NCBI GenBank assembly: GCA_964642915.1
Contig: CAZXPE010000002.1
Coordinates: 1-46,580 of the forward strand
DNA: 46,580 nt
Source: an uncultured bacterium
GTDB lineage: Bacteria; Methylomirabilota; Methylomirabilia; Rokubacteriales; CSP1-6
Reading direction: 5' to 3'
A model generated the notes under the pieces. That model was not told the origin of the DNA. It was given only the letters and a program-made list of their open reading frames with translations, and made no database searches. Positions 1 to 9,634 of this stretch are shown one piece after another (positions within the stretch are counted from its first letter, which is position 1; each line of letters begins with the position of its first letter). The translations under genes were made by a program, and so were the position numbers.

Positions 1-2103
1 GATCGGGACTCGGGGATCGGGGATCGCGGACCCCGGACCCCGAACCCCAACGCGGGTGACCTCGACCAGGTTTGTGTTGAACGTCGATCCCCGCCCAAGA
101 TCAGACAGGCGGCAGCTCGTGGTGGCGTTTGGGGCCGTCCACCCAGGTCGCTCGCCGCCCCACCACATCCCGGCGCTCGAAACCGTCCCCCGCGGAACGT
201 CCTCGGTCACCCGGGCAAAGAGGAAACAGGCGCCCCGGTCGTTTCTGGCCTCAACCATATCCCCTGAGGCGATCTTCCGCAAGGCCGCGTCGTGGGGATT
301 GATCTCGAGAAGGGGCTTCCCTCCCTCTCCTGCCTGGAGAGAAGGAATGTCAGCGAAGGTGGAGTTGAGAAAGAGGCGGCCCGACGGCGTGAGAAGAGTG
401 AGAGGAAACCTCGTGTGGAGATCGGGCGAGCCGAGAGGGCCCTCGAAGGGAGGGGTCCAGCCTGGTAGAGGGTCGAGCCCCTCACCGGCCATCGCCTCCG
501 AGTAAAGCTCCACCTTTCCCGACTGAGTGGGGAAGCGGCCGTCGGCGAATGGGACGTGCGGGACCTCGGGAGTGCTCAGATGGATTGAGCCTTCATCGAG
601 GAGTCTCTTGAGGGTTATCCCTTCGAGAAACGGGTGAGGGTTCGCCAGGAGCCTCTCGGCGACGGCCTCAGGAGCCAGGTCCAGGAGGTCGTCCTTGATG
701 CCGAGGCGGCGGGAAAGAAGCTGGAAGACCTCGAAGTTGGATTTGCACTCCCCCGGAGCCGGGACGCAGGGGCTGTTGACAGAAAGGTAGTAGTGCCAGG
801 TGGAGGTGTGGAGGTCAAACTGCTCGAACTGGGTCGTTGCGGGGAGGAGGACGTCGGCATAGCGCGCCGTGTCTGTCATCATCTGCTCGTGGACGACAGT
901 GAAGAGGTCCTCGCGCGAGAGCCCCGCCACCAACCGCTTCTGGTCCGGGAGGGTGTGGACCGGGTTCCCGTTGTAGATGTAGAGGAGATGAACCGACGGG
1001 GGTGATTCGGCAACGGCCGCCCCCACCTGGTTGATGTTTATCGTCCTCCGCCCCGGTTCCAGAGGTAGTCCGGCCAGGAGGTCCTCCTTGGAGAAAGGAA
1101 AGGCGGCGTTGTTGTTGTAGAGAAGTCCCCCGCCCCTGGACCCCCAGGCCCCGACGAGAGCGGGGAGACAGGCGATCGCCCTGACAGCCATCCCTCCGTT
1201 GTCGTGGTGCTGAAGGCCGACACCGATCCTGATGAGCGAAGGCCTGGTCGTCGCGTAGAGCCTTGCCAGGGCCTTGATCTCGCCTTCGCTGATCCCGGTG
1301 ATCCTCGCCGCGTCGCCGAGGCTGGTCTCCCTCACCCGCTCTCTGAGCGCCTCAAACCCGACTGTGGAGCGCGCCACATAGTCAGAGTCGCAGAGCTTCT
1401 CCTCGATCAGGACCTTCATCAGAGCTAGAGCCAGGAGACCGTCGGTGCCGGGATTGATCTGATAGAAACGATCTGCCAGCCGGGCAGAGTGGCTCCGCCG
1501 CGGGTCGATCAGGACCACCGACGCCCCCCGGCGCTTCGCCTCCTTGATGATGGGGACGAAGTGAAAATTAGTGACGGCCGAGTTCGCCCCCCAGAGGACG
1601 ATGAGCCTTGACTCGACGCACCCCTCCGGGTCGGCGCCGACAGTCGATCCGTAGGTGTACCGGCAGCCGGCCTTCCCCGCCTCGGAGCAGATGGTGCGCT
1701 CGAGAGAAGCGGCGCCGAGGCGCGCGAAGAAGCGGGTCCCCCCGAGATACATCTGGATGATCCCTGTCGTCCCCGAGCCGAAGCACGGCACTATCGCCTC
1801 AGCCCCGTGGCGGTCGATGACCCGCCTGAAGGCGGCGACGATGCGGTCGAGGGCCTCATCCCATCCTATCCGCCTGAACTCTCCCTTCCCTTTGGGGCCG
1901 GTCCGCTCCATGGGGAAAAAGATCCGCGGCGGAGAAGCGAGCCTGGCTGGATAGCTCTTGACCTTGGAACATATGAACCCGCGGGTGATGGGATGGGCCG
2001 GATCGCCGCTGACTTCGACCACCCGGTCGTCTTCCACAGAGACGAGCAGGGCGCAGGAGTCGGGGCAGTCGTGAGGGCAAATCGCTCGGTGGTTCTCGAT
2101 CAT
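1..2103 (-). CDS. Molybdopterin (bis-MGD) oxidoreductase, DMSO-reductase superfamily, cytoplasmic type; C-terminus runs off the left edge
   Basis: Absent from the ORF track because there is no stop in the window. Minus-strand ATG at 2103 is preceded by GAGGGGG. Hand translation gives MIENHRAICPHDCPDSCALLVSVEDDRVVEVSGDPAHPITRGF (N-terminal CX2CX3C Fe-S motif) and later ...RRSHSARLADRFYQINPGTDG... I spot-translated several segments and did not scan every codon. Continuity to position 1 (2103 nt = 701 codons) is inferred mainly from the ORF track listing no minus-strand ORF in this frame left of 2103. No twin-arginine signal. Confidence 0.85.
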   Translation of the reverse strand, partial: MIENHRAICPHDCPDSCALLVSVEDDRVVEVSGDPAHPITRGFICSKVKSYPARLASPPRIFFPMERTGPKGKGEFRRIGWDEALDRIVAAFRRVIDRHGAEAIVPCFGSGTTGIIQMYLGGTRFFARLGAASLERTICSEAGKAGCRYTYGSTVGADPEGCVESRLIVLWGANSAVTNFHFVPIIKEAKRRGASVVLIDPRRSHSARLADRFYQINPGTDGLLALALMKVLIEEKLCDSDYVARSTVGFEALRERVRETSLGDAARITGISEGEIKALARLYATTRPSLIRIGVGLQHHDNGGMAVRAIACLPALVGAWGSRGGGLLYNNNAAFPFSKEDLLAGLPLEPGRRTININQVGAAVAESPPSVHLLYIYNGNPVHTLPDQKRLVAGLSREDLFTVVHEQMMTDTARYADVLLPATTQFEQFDLHTSTWHYYLSVNSPCVPAPGECKSNFEVFQLLSRRLGIKDDLLDLAPEAVAERLLANPHPFLEGITLKRLLDEGSIHLSTPEVPHVPFADGRFPTQSGKVELYSEAMAGEGLDPLPGWTPPFEGPLGSPDLHTRFPLTLLTPSGRLFLNSTFADIPSLQAGEGGKPLLEINPHDAALRKIASGDMVEARNDRGACFLFARVTEDVPRGTVSSAGMWWGGERPGWTAPNATTSCRLSDLGRGSTFNTNLVEVTRVGVRGPGSAIPDPRVPI

Positions 2104-2109
2104 GCCCCC

Positions 2110-2577
2110 TCACGGGGAAAGGTGAAGCTCTTCCTTTGATCCGAGCGCCGGGCGGTTCGAGATCAACCTGAACCATCGTGGCGTGATCCTGAAAAAGCGG
2201 TGCGGGCCTGCGGGGGAGTAAAGGTCGGCGGCGAACGGGAACTTCGCCGCGTAGAGCGCGAAGACCCCCTCCAGCTCGGACTCAGCCACGGGCGAGGCGA
2301 CACCGCTGAACTGAAGCCCCATGAACTCCCTCCAGCTCGCCCCCTCCTCCTGGATAGACCCAGCCACCCTCGGGTAACGGAGAAACGCCCGGCAGTGGCG
2401 GGTGGAGGGGTCGGAGAGGAAGTAGAGCCTGAGCCCTGAGTCCCTCGCATAGGTGAGCGGGGCGGCCCACGCCCCGCCCTCGTCAGCAGTGGCGAGGGCC
2501 AGGATCGCGTGACTGTCGAGAAAGGCGGCGACTTTCTCGCCAAGAGTGTCAGAGACGGCTGCCCCTCCGGCCCTCAT
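2110..2577 (-). CDS. Pyridoxamine 5'-phosphate oxidase-like (FMN-binding split-barrel) family protein
   Basis: 155-aa ORF. The pattern ...LALATADEGGAWAAPLTYARDSGLRLYFLSDPSTRH...RITPRWFRL is typical of the PNPOx-like/general stress protein 26 fold. 4-nt overlap with the Rrf2 gene stop. Confidence 0.55.
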   Translation of the reverse strand: MRAGGAAVSDTLGEKVAAFLDSHAILALATADEGGAWAAPLTYARDSGLRLYFLSDPSTRHCRAFLRYPRVAGSIQEEGASWREFMGLQFSGVASPVAESELEGVFALYAAKFPFAADLYSPAGPHRFFRITPRWFRLISNRPALGSKEELHLSP

Positions 2578-3068
2578 CCCTTCCCCGCTCGCTTCCGTTC
2601 CCCTTGCTCAACGGCCTCGCACTGTCCGGTCACACCTTCCAGGCCGCCTGTGCCGGTCTGGATGTGCCCGACCTCAGCCAGCTCCTTCAAGGTCGTCTGC
2701 TCGAGAAGTGTCCCGATCATCGTGCGGATCTCCCTCCACCGGCAGTGGAGCAGACATGGATTCGTGACGTCGCACGGCGCCTCTCCGAAGAAACAGCGGT
2801 CGGAGACGTCAGGGCCCTCGATAGCCTCAAGGATCTCCTTGACTGTGATCTCGTCGGGTGACTTGGCCAGGGCGTAGCCTCGGACAGACCCGCGGAACGA
2901 CTTCACGAGGCCGTGTCTGACGAGCTTCGGAAAGATCTTGGCGAGGAAGACCCGGGGAAGCCCCTGGGTGTCGGCGATCTCCCCCAGCGCCATCACCGTT
3001 CTGGGGGGCTTCTGGGCCAGGATGGTCAGCCCCGTCAGCCCGTACTGGCTCTCCCTCTTGAACTTCAC
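2574..3068 (-). CDS. Rrf2 (BadM/IscR/NsrR-like) family transcriptional regulator
   Basis: 164 aa. N-terminal wHTH MKFKRESQYGLTGLTILAQKP...LGEIADTQGLPRVFLAKIFPKLVRHGLVKSFRG. Downstream cysteines (CFFGEAPCDVTNPCLLHC) fit an Fe-S-ligating Rrf2 member. Confidence 0.85.
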   Translation of the reverse strand: MKFKRESQYGLTGLTILAQKPPRTVMALGEIADTQGLPRVFLAKIFPKLVRHGLVKSFRGSVRGYALAKSPDEITVKEILEAIEGPDVSDRCFFGEAPCDVTNPCLLHCRWREIRTMIGTLLEQTTLKELAEVGHIQTGTGGLEGVTGQCEAVEQGERKRAGKG

Positions 3069-3072
3069 CCGA

Positions 3073-4659
3073 TCATCTCCCTGACCCCGTTCCGGGGCCG
3101 CCCAGCAGCTCTCGCACCTTCCGAGAGAGAGTGTCGGGAGCGAACGGCTTCTGGAGGAAACCGCTCGCTTCTCCGGCGAGATCGCCGGGCCCGAGGCGGT
3201 CGCCGGTGTACCCCGACATGTAGAGCACCTTCACCTCGGGACGCCTGGAGAGAAGCTCACCGGCCAGTTCAGTCCCTCTCATCCGTGGCATCACCACGTC
3301 TGTCACCAGGAGGTCGATCCTGCCCTGGTGCCTCTCGGCAGTCTGAATCGCCTCGCGGCCATGACGAGCTTCCAGCACCTTGTATCCGCGCGACTCGAGG
3401 ACCTCGCGGGCAAGCTCCCTCACGGCGTCGTCGTCTTCCACCAGCAGGATCGTCTCTGACCCCCTTGCGGCTTCCTCCCACGCCTCCTGGGGTCCAGCGC
3501 CCGCGCCGGCGCCACCGGCCCGCGGCAGAAAGATCCTGAACGTCGTTCCTCGCCCTATCTCGCTTGAGACCCTGATGTGCCCCCCGCTCTGCCTGACGAT
3601 ACCATACACGGTCGCAAGACCCAGCCCGGTTCCTTTGCCGGGCTCTTTAGTCGTGAAGAACGGCTCGAACATGTGGGAGAGGGTCTCAGCGTCCATTCCC
3701 AACCCGGTGTCTCTCACCGACAGGAGCACGTGAGGCCCCGGGCTGGCTTCGGGATGGCTGGCGGCTTCAGCCTCGTTCACCTCGACGTTTGCAGTCTCGA
3801 TCGTGAGCCGCCCCCCGTCGGGCATGGCGTCGCGGGCGTTCACCGCCAGGTTCATGATTATCTGCTCGATCTGAGTCGGGTCGGCCTCCACACGCCAGAG
3901 CGCCAGGCCGGGAGCGGTCTCCAATCTGATATCCTCTCCGATCAAGCGCTGAAGTATGGCCGCCGCGTCGGCGACGATGGCGTTGAGGTCGAGGAGCTTG
4001 GGCTGAAGCACCTGCTGGCGGCTGAAGGCGAGGAGCTGCCTCGTGAGCCCTGCTGCCCGCTCGGCTGTCTTCCCGATCAACTCGGCGTCACGGCGCAGCG
4101 AGTCGTCCTGCCCGAGGCGGTTCAGCAGTATGTGAGCGCGCCCGCTGATCACCGTAAGGAGGTTGTTGAAGTCGTGGGCCACGCCTCCCGCGAGCCGCCC
4201 CACGGCCTCCATCTTCTGCGCCTGGCGAAGCTGGGCCTCCAGATCCTTGCGGGCGGTGATGTCCTGAGAGACGGCCACGAAGTGGGTGATCGCTCCGCTC
4301 GAGTCCTTCACCGGAGTGATGCAGTGCTCGACGGTGAAGAGGCTTCCGTCTTTCCGCCTGTTGACCAGTTCTCCACGCCAGACCTCTCCGGCGAGGACCG
4401 TCCGCCACATCTTCTCGTAGAACGAGCGGTCCTGCTTCCCGGATTTCAAGACTCGCGGGGACTGGCCAAGGACCTCCGCACCCGAGTAGCCGGTGACCCG
4501 CTCGAAGGCGGGATTAACGTAAATGATCTTCCCGTCGGTATCAGTGACCATTATCCAGTCGGCAGTCTGCTCCACCGCCGAGACCAGGATGGCGTCGCGG
4601 CTCTCCACCAGATCATGGAACCGCTCTTGGAATTCGCCAGCCTCGCTCTTCGGCTCCAT
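3073..4659 (-). CDS. Soluble PAS-domain hybrid sensor histidine kinase / response-regulator receiver
   Basis: 528 aa, no TM segment. PAS ([26 protein letters not shown]), H-box ([16 protein letters not shown]), HATPase_c (DTGLGMD...[13 protein letters not shown]), C-terminal receiver ([11 protein letters not shown]...[13 protein letters not shown]). Confidence 0.9.
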   Translation of the reverse strand: MEPKSEAGEFQERFHDLVESRDAILVSAVEQTADWIMVTDTDGKIIYVNPAFERVTGYSGAEVLGQSPRVLKSGKQDRSFYEKMWRTVLAGEVWRGELVNRRKDGSLFTVEHCITPVKDSSGAITHFVAVSQDITARKDLEAQLRQAQKMEAVGRLAGGVAHDFNNLLTVISGRAHILLNRLGQDDSLRRDAELIGKTAERAAGLTRQLLAFSRQQVLQPKLLDLNAIVADAAAILQRLIGEDIRLETAPGLALWRVEADPTQIEQIIMNLAVNARDAMPDGGRLTIETANVEVNEAEAASHPEASPGPHVLLSVRDTGLGMDAETLSHMFEPFFTTKEPGKGTGLGLATVYGIVRQSGGHIRVSSEIGRGTTFRIFLPRAGGAGAGAGPQEAWEEAARGSETILLVEDDDAVRELAREVLESRGYKVLEARHGREAIQTAERHQGRIDLLVTDVVMPRMRGTELAGELLSRRPEVKVLYMSGYTGDRLGPGDLAGEASGFLQKPFAPDTLSRKVRELLGGPGTGSGR

Positions 4660-4673
4660 ACGGCGCTACTCCA

Positions 4674-5849
4674 TCATTGGAGCTGGGTGCCTGCCGCTTC
4701 TCCCCTCACCGCGATGGCGATCTTGTAAAGGAGAGTGATTATCAGGAAGCCGAGGGCCCAGACGCCGATAACGATCGATATCTCGGGAAGCGTAGGCGCG
4801 TAGCGCGTCACGTCGCCGAGCGGAGAAGGCACAAACCCGCCGACGATCAGGCCGACCCCCTTGTCTATCCAGAGCGACAGGAAGACCGCAGCGCAGGCCG
4901 CCGCCAGGAGCCTCTCGTTCTCCCTGAAGCGCGGCGGGATGAGCAGGACCAGCGAGACAGCGGCCAGGAGGGCTGAGGCCCGCATCCAGGGGGCGAGCGG
5001 GGCCTCTCCTTCCAACCCCAGGAAGAGAAACTCGAAGTGGGCCATGTGCTCCGGGATCTGGCTGTAGAAGACTGTGAACAGCTCCACAGCCGCGAAGAAG
5101 ACGCTTACCAGCATGGTGTAGGTGACTACGAGCGCCAGCTTCTGGATGGCTTCGCGGCCGGGATCGAACTTCGCCGCCCCGCGGACGATCATGGCCAGGA
5201 GGATCAGGAGCGCGGGGCCCGAGGCGAAGGCGGAGGCCAGGAAGCGCGGGGCCAGGAGCGCTGTCAGCCAGAACGGGCGGCTGGCGAGGCCGCTGTAGAG
5301 GAACGCCGTCACCGTGTGGATGCTGACGGCCCACGGGATGGAGAGGATGATGACGGGCCTGAGCCATCCCGGCGGCGCCGCTCCCCTGCGCTCGGCTCCC
5401 AGCGTTACGAAGGCAATGACGGCGTTGAGAGCGAGATAACCGTTGAGTGAGAGCATGTCCCAGAACATGACCGAGTTGAACGTCGGGTAGAGGATCACGT
5501 TCAGCGCCCGCATGGGCTGGCCCATGTCAACGAAGATGAACAGGAGGCACATGGTCACCGCTGAAATGGCGAGCAGCTCGCCCAGGATCGTGATCTTCCC
5601 GAACGCCTTGTAGTCGTGCAGGTAGTAAGGCAGGACGACAACGACCGCCGAGGCCGCCACCCCCACCAGGAAGGTGAACTGGGCGATGTAGAGCCCCCAC
5701 GTCACGTCCCGGGAGAGCCCCGTGATCCCCAATCCGAGCTGGAGCTGTCTGAGATAAAACAGGAAGCCGACGGCGATGACGGCGCAGAGGGCCCCGACCC
5801 AGGCCCAGTACCTCCGGTCTCCAATGAGCGCCTTCTCAAACATCGACAT
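4674..5849 (-). CDS. dsrP: DsrP, NrfD/PsrC-type polytopic membrane quinone-interacting subunit of DsrMKJOP
   Basis: 391-aa multi-TM protein (LRQLQLGLGITGLSRDVTWGLYIAQFTFLVGVAAS...). Last gene of the M-K-J-O-P order. Confidence 0.85.
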   Translation of the reverse strand: MSMFEKALIGDRRYWAWVGALCAVIAVGFLFYLRQLQLGLGITGLSRDVTWGLYIAQFTFLVGVAASAVVVVLPYYLHDYKAFGKITILGELLAISAVTMCLLFIFVDMGQPMRALNVILYPTFNSVMFWDMLSLNGYLALNAVIAFVTLGAERRGAAPPGWLRPVIILSIPWAVSIHTVTAFLYSGLASRPFWLTALLAPRFLASAFASGPALLILLAMIVRGAAKFDPGREAIQKLALVVTYTMLVSVFFAAVELFTVFYSQIPEHMAHFEFLFLGLEGEAPLAPWMRASALLAAVSLVLLIPPRFRENERLLAAACAAVFLSLWIDKGVGLIVGGFVPSPLGDVTRYAPTLPEISIVIGVWALGFLIITLLYKIAIAVRGEAAGTQLQ

Positions 5850-5861
5850 CGGCGTGTAACC

Positions 5862-6614
5862 TCACACCAGGTAGTAGACGTTGGGGTCAGTGCCTAGCTC
5901 GGGTCTGCGCCGCAGGGCGTAACGGCTCCTGAGCAGCGTGCGGACCTCCGACTCGGGGTCGGAGAGGTTGCCGAAGACCAGGGCCTTCTCCTTGCACGCC
6001 TCAACGCACGCCGGCTGCTGTCCCCTGGCGAGCCGCTCCTCGCAGAAGTTGCACTTCTCCACGACGCCCTTAGTCCTGGTCGGGAACTCCGGGTTCAGCT
6101 CCTTCACCCGGGGCCTGGGGTCCAGCCAGTTGAAGCTCCGGGCGCCGTAGGGGCAGGCCGCGATGCAGTAGCGGCAGCCGATGCAGCGGTGGTAGTCCAT
6201 CATGACGATCCCGTCGTCACGCTTCCAGGTGGCCTTGACGGGGCAGACGCGTACGCAGGGAGGGTTATCGCAGTGGTTGCACAGGACCGGGATCTGCTTA
6301 CCTTTCAGGTCGTCCCCCGCGTAGCGGTTCCCCTCGTGAAAGACCTTGCCGAACGGCTCCTGCCAGATCCACTTGACCTCGTGGGAGCGATTCTCGAAGC
6401 GGGGAACGTTGTGGGCCCTCTCGCACGCGGCGATGCAGTCGGCGCACCCTTCAGCCGTCCTGCACTTCTTAAGGTCAACCGCCATTCCCCGGCGGACCGG
6501 GGCCGCGGTTTCTTCCCTGCCGCCTTTAGCCAGCGCCTCGACAGAGCGCTTTCCGGCAAGGCCCAGCGCCGAGAGCCCTGCCAGGCCGAGGAATGTTCTC
6601 CTCTTCATGCTCAT
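5862..6614 (-). CDS. dsrO: DsrO, periplasmic 4Fe-4S ferredoxin subunit (HybA-like) with Tat signal
   Basis: I place the start at the internal ATG 6614 (MSMKRRTFLGLAGLSALGLAG = twin-arginine signal). The 40-codon extension shown in the ORF track overlaps the dsrJ 3' end. Several CxxCxxCxxxCP-type clusters (CNHCDNPPCVRVCP, CIGCRYCIAACP). Confidence 0.85.
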   Translation of the reverse strand: MSMKRRTFLGLAGLSALGLAGKRSVEALAKGGREETAAPVRRGMAVDLKKCRTAEGCADCIAACERAHNVPRFENRSHEVKWIWQEPFGKVFHEGNRYAGDDLKGKQIPVLCNHCDNPPCVRVCPVKATWKRDDGIVMMDYHRCIGCRYCIAACPYGARSFNWLDPRPRVKELNPEFPTRTKGVVEKCNFCEERLARGQQPACVEACKEKALVFGNLSDPESEVRTLLRSRYALRRRPELGTDPNVYYLV

Positions 6615-7024
6615 CGCGCTGCCCTCAGGGCCTGCTTGGGATCGACGTGGCACTCCCAGCAGACCGGCTTGACTCCGGCGTAGTCGTGGCAGCGGTCGCA
6701 GAAGTCGGCCTTGCTGGCGTGGCACCTCAGGCACGTGCCGGTGAGGCTCTTCGTGTACGTCCTCCCGTCGAACGCAACGAATGTCCTCTCCTTCTCCCTG
6801 ACGACCTCGTCGCGCCAGCTTATCAGCAGATTCATGTGTGAGGTCCTCATGTACTCCCGGGGGGCGACGCAGCTCTTCTCCCCGGCTGGAAGCTCAAGCT
6901 TGGGAGCCTTCCCCGGGTCGTATCCTCGCGCGGTCTTCCCCGAGGCGAGGTTATACCACACCGGCAGAGTCACCAGGCCGAGGAAGAGGACGAGACCGCC
7001 GATGATCGCACCCCTGTCACTCAT
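6611..7024 (-). CDS. dsrJ: DsrJ, triheme cytochrome c
   Basis: Three CXXCH motifs (CLRCH, CDRCH, CWECH) and an N-terminal membrane anchor (IIGGLVLFLGLVTLPVW). Start taken at ATG 7024 (MSDRGA...), which forms an ATGAGTGA overlap with the dsrK stop at 7017. Confidence 0.85.
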   Translation of the reverse strand: MSDRGAIIGGLVLFLGLVTLPVWYNLASGKTARGYDPGKAPKLELPAGEKSCVAPREYMRTSHMNLLISWRDEVVREKERTFVAFDGRTYTKSLTGTCLRCHASKADFCDRCHDYAGVKPVCWECHVDPKQALRAAR

Positions 7025-8639
7025 CCGCTGCGCCCCCGTTCGTCTTGAATGGCTGGCCGCGCAGGTCGGTGGTCCGCTCCTTCTCACCCTTCATCACGAG
7101 AGCGTTGCCGACCAGCTCGTGAACTCCCGCCACCTCGGTCCCCGGCACCCAGTACTCCATGAGGGGCGGCAGCGTGGCCTTGTCTATGGCGCAAATGCAC
7201 GCCAGCAAGTTCACCCCGAACCTGTCGCGGACGTGCCTGACGGCGTTGGCCCTGGGGAAGCCTCCCCTCATTCTCATCTCGAAGTTCTCGTCTGTGCCGA
7301 GCCCCGCCCCGCTCCCGCAGCAGAAGGTGCGCTCCCTGATGGTGTTCTCCGGCATGTCGTGGAAGCGGTTCACGACGTTTCTCAGGATATAGCGAGGCTC
7401 CTCGATGAGGCCCATGGCGCGGGCAGGGTTGCATGAGTCGTGGAAGGTCACTGTCCAGTGATCGTTGCGGCTGGGGTCGAGCCTTAGCTTCCCGCTGTGG
7501 ATCAGGTCGGCGGTGAATTCGCAGACGTGGACCATCCTGGTTGAGCGCGCGTTCTCGAACCTTGTCCCTGTGATCGGGGAAACCGGCTCCTCCAGGAAAT
7601 CGGCGGGGCCGTTCATGGTGTCCATGTACTGGTGGACGACGCGCCACATGTGGCCGCACTCTCCGCCGAGGATCCACTTCACCCCCAGGCGCTTGGCCTC
7701 GGCGTAGATCTTGGCGTTCAGCCGCTTCATCATCTCGTGCGATGTGAAGAGGCCGAAGTTCCCCCCCTCTGAGGCGTAAGCGCTCAGGGTGTAGTCCAGC
7801 CCGATCTCGTGGAACATCATCAGCGCGCCTACGAGGGTGTAGTAATGGGGAGTCCCGAACGTCTCCGCCGACGGGATGACGTAGAGGACCTCGGCGCCTT
7901 TCTTGTTGATCGGCGCCTCCACGCGGATGCCGGTCAGTTCCTCCAGCTCGTCCACGGCGAACTCGATGTTCTGCTTGAACGCGTGGGGCTGGATGCCGAG
8001 ATGGTTGCCCGTGCGGTAGCAGTTGGCCGCAGGCTCCAGGATCCAGTTGGTGTTGCACCCCACGAGGGTCAGAAGCTCTCGCCCCATCATGGTGATCTCA
8101 GCGGTGTCGATGCCGAACGGGCAGAAGACCGAGCAACGGCGGCACTCAGTGCACTGGTAGAAGTAGTAGAACCACTCCTTGAGGACGTTCTCGGTAAGGT
8201 CCCTCGCTCCGGCCAGCTTCCCGAAGAGCCGTCCGGCGGCGGTGAAGTACCGCCTGTACACCGAGCGGATCAGCTCGGCCCGCATGACCGGCATGTTCTT
8301 GGGATCGCCGGACCCTATGTAGAAGTGGCACTTGTCGGCGCACGCCCCGCACCTGACGCAGATGTCCATGAAGAGGCGGAAGGAGCGGAATTTATCGAGC
8401 CGCTCCTTCATCCCGTCAAGCACGATCTGCTTCCAGTTCTCGGGAAGCTTCCAGTCAGCATCGTGGGGCTGCCACGCCCTCGGGTTGGGGAGCCCGAGGT
8501 ACTCGAGGTGTTTAGGCGCGGCGCTGTAGCAGTACGTCCCCTTGCTAAACTCGACGGGAGTGTCCTGCCAGTCCTTCCGTGGAGGCCTGTAGCTGATCTG
8601 AACCAGCTCCTCAGGCTTAGGGACGTCTTTCCTCGCCAT
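7017..8639 (-). CDS. dsrK: DsrK, HdrD-like catalytic Fe-S subunit (CCG domain)
   Basis: Fe-S motifs CVRCGACADKC and CTECRRCSVFCP, plus CCG-type motifs (...FHDSCNP..., TFCCGSGAG). Start taken at ATG 8639 (MARKDVPKPEE), preceded by GAAGGAA and 3 nt after the dsrM stop. Confidence 0.9.
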   Translation of the reverse strand: MARKDVPKPEELVQISYRPPRKDWQDTPVEFSKGTYCYSAAPKHLEYLGLPNPRAWQPHDADWKLPENWKQIVLDGMKERLDKFRSFRLFMDICVRCGACADKCHFYIGSGDPKNMPVMRAELIRSVYRRYFTAAGRLFGKLAGARDLTENVLKEWFYYFYQCTECRRCSVFCPFGIDTAEITMMGRELLTLVGCNTNWILEPAANCYRTGNHLGIQPHAFKQNIEFAVDELEELTGIRVEAPINKKGAEVLYVIPSAETFGTPHYYTLVGALMMFHEIGLDYTLSAYASEGGNFGLFTSHEMMKRLNAKIYAEAKRLGVKWILGGECGHMWRVVHQYMDTMNGPADFLEEPVSPITGTRFENARSTRMVHVCEFTADLIHSGKLRLDPSRNDHWTVTFHDSCNPARAMGLIEEPRYILRNVVNRFHDMPENTIRERTFCCGSGAGLGTDENFEMRMRGGFPRANAVRHVRDRFGVNLLACICAIDKATLPPLMEYWVPGTEVAGVHELVGNALVMKGEKERTTDLRGQPFKTNGGAADE

Positions 8640-8641
8640 CA

Positions 8642-9634
8642 CTATTCCTTCTCGACGGGCAACCCCGCCGCCTTCATCTTGCCCCTGAAGTCGTCCTCCC
8701 ACTCCTCGTAGGTGTGGACGGGGACGGGGTAGTTCCAGGGATTGACGTGCCGCTTCATCCGGCTCGTGTTGGCGAGGTTCATCGTGGGGGAGAGAAACAC
8801 CCCTCCCATGTGAACCAGCTTACTGAAGGGGAAGTAAGCGAGAAGCATGCTCAGGAGAAAGAAGTGGACGAAGAAGAGCGGCCCGACCTCGGCAGGGACA
8901 ACCGGAGAGAAGGTCGCGAGGCCCATCGCGAGCTGTTTCACCGCCACCGCGTCTATCCTGGCGAAGTATCGCATGAGGACGCCTGAGCCGGCGAGCCCGA
9001 GCAGGAGGAAGAGGGCGAAGTAGTCGGCGAAGAGGGAGATGTAGCGGACCTGAGGGTCAGCGAGCCTCCTCAGCAGGAGGTAAGCCAGCGCCGCCGGCAA
9101 GATGATGTCAGTCACGTAGAGGCCGGGCGTCCCGATCTGGAAAAATCCGTCGGCGTCGGAGAGCAGGCGGACCAGAACGGGGACAGGCTCGAAGAAGAAC
9201 CTGAGGTGCCTCAGGAGGACGATGAGGAAAGACCAGTGGAAGGCCAGCGCCGCGAGCCAGAGAAGCTTCTCCTCGCCGTAAGCGAGCCTGGCCCCCCCGC
9301 CCAGCTCTGTCCTCGTGTTTCGGAATAGCGAGCGGAAGAAACAGATCTCCAGCGCCATCCTCCCGATCACACCCGCCGCGGAGGAAGGGTTCTCGATCCG
9401 GCTATCCTTGATCCATGGAAGCGACTTCTGCTGGCCGCACGTCGTCGGGATCCGAAACGGGACTGGAGAGCGCGACCACCTTAAGATCCGGTAGCTCATT
9501 CCGAGAAGGAAGACGGCGAACGCCGCGTACGGCACGATCACGCCGAAGAGCGAGCGGAGCCCCGCGACCTGCCCCCCGATAAAGGCCACCCCGGCCAGGA
9601 CCAGAACCGCCGCGAGAGAATAGAGCGCGCTCAC
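8642..9634 (-). CDS. dsrM: DsrM, NarI-like dihaem b membrane subunit
   Basis: Polytopic membrane protein with conserved His in TM helices (LAALAFHWSFLIVLLRHLRFF; FFVHFFLL). Likely GTG start at 9634 forms a GTGA overlap with the stop of the upstream gene. The longer ORF-track start (9718) would overlap that gene by 88 nt. Confidence 0.8.
   Translation of the reverse strand: MSALYSLAAVLVLAGVAFIGGQVAGLRSLFGVIVPYAAFAVFLLGMSYRILRWSRSPVPFRIPTTCGQQKSLPWIKDSRIENPSSAAGVIGRMALEICFFRSLFRNTRTELGGGARLAYGEEKLLWLAALAFHWSFLIVLLRHLRFFFEPVPVLVRLLSDADGFFQIGTPGLYVTDIILPAALAYLLLRRLADPQVRYISLFADYFALFLLLGLAGSGVLMRYFARIDAVAVKQLAMGLATFSPVVPAEVGPLFFVHFFLLSMLLAYFPFSKLVHMGGVFLSPTMNLANTSRMKRHVNPWNYPVPVHTYEEWEDDFRGKMKAAGLPVEKE

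Noticed and set aside
1-60. Short GGGGATC / GGACCCC repeat run and imperfect palindrome at the extreme left edge.
   Set aside because: It lies inside the still-open reading frame of the Mo-enzyme tail and is cut by the window edge. I cannot tell a coding low-complexity tail from a terminator or repeat without more sequence.
5862-6734. The 290-aa form of DsrO and the 158-aa form of DsrJ, with N-terminal extensions.
   Set aside because: The extensions overlap the preceding genes and are Arg/Pro-rich. Internal ATGs give a canonical Tat signal (DsrO) and a membrane anchor (DsrJ), with short stop/start overlaps.
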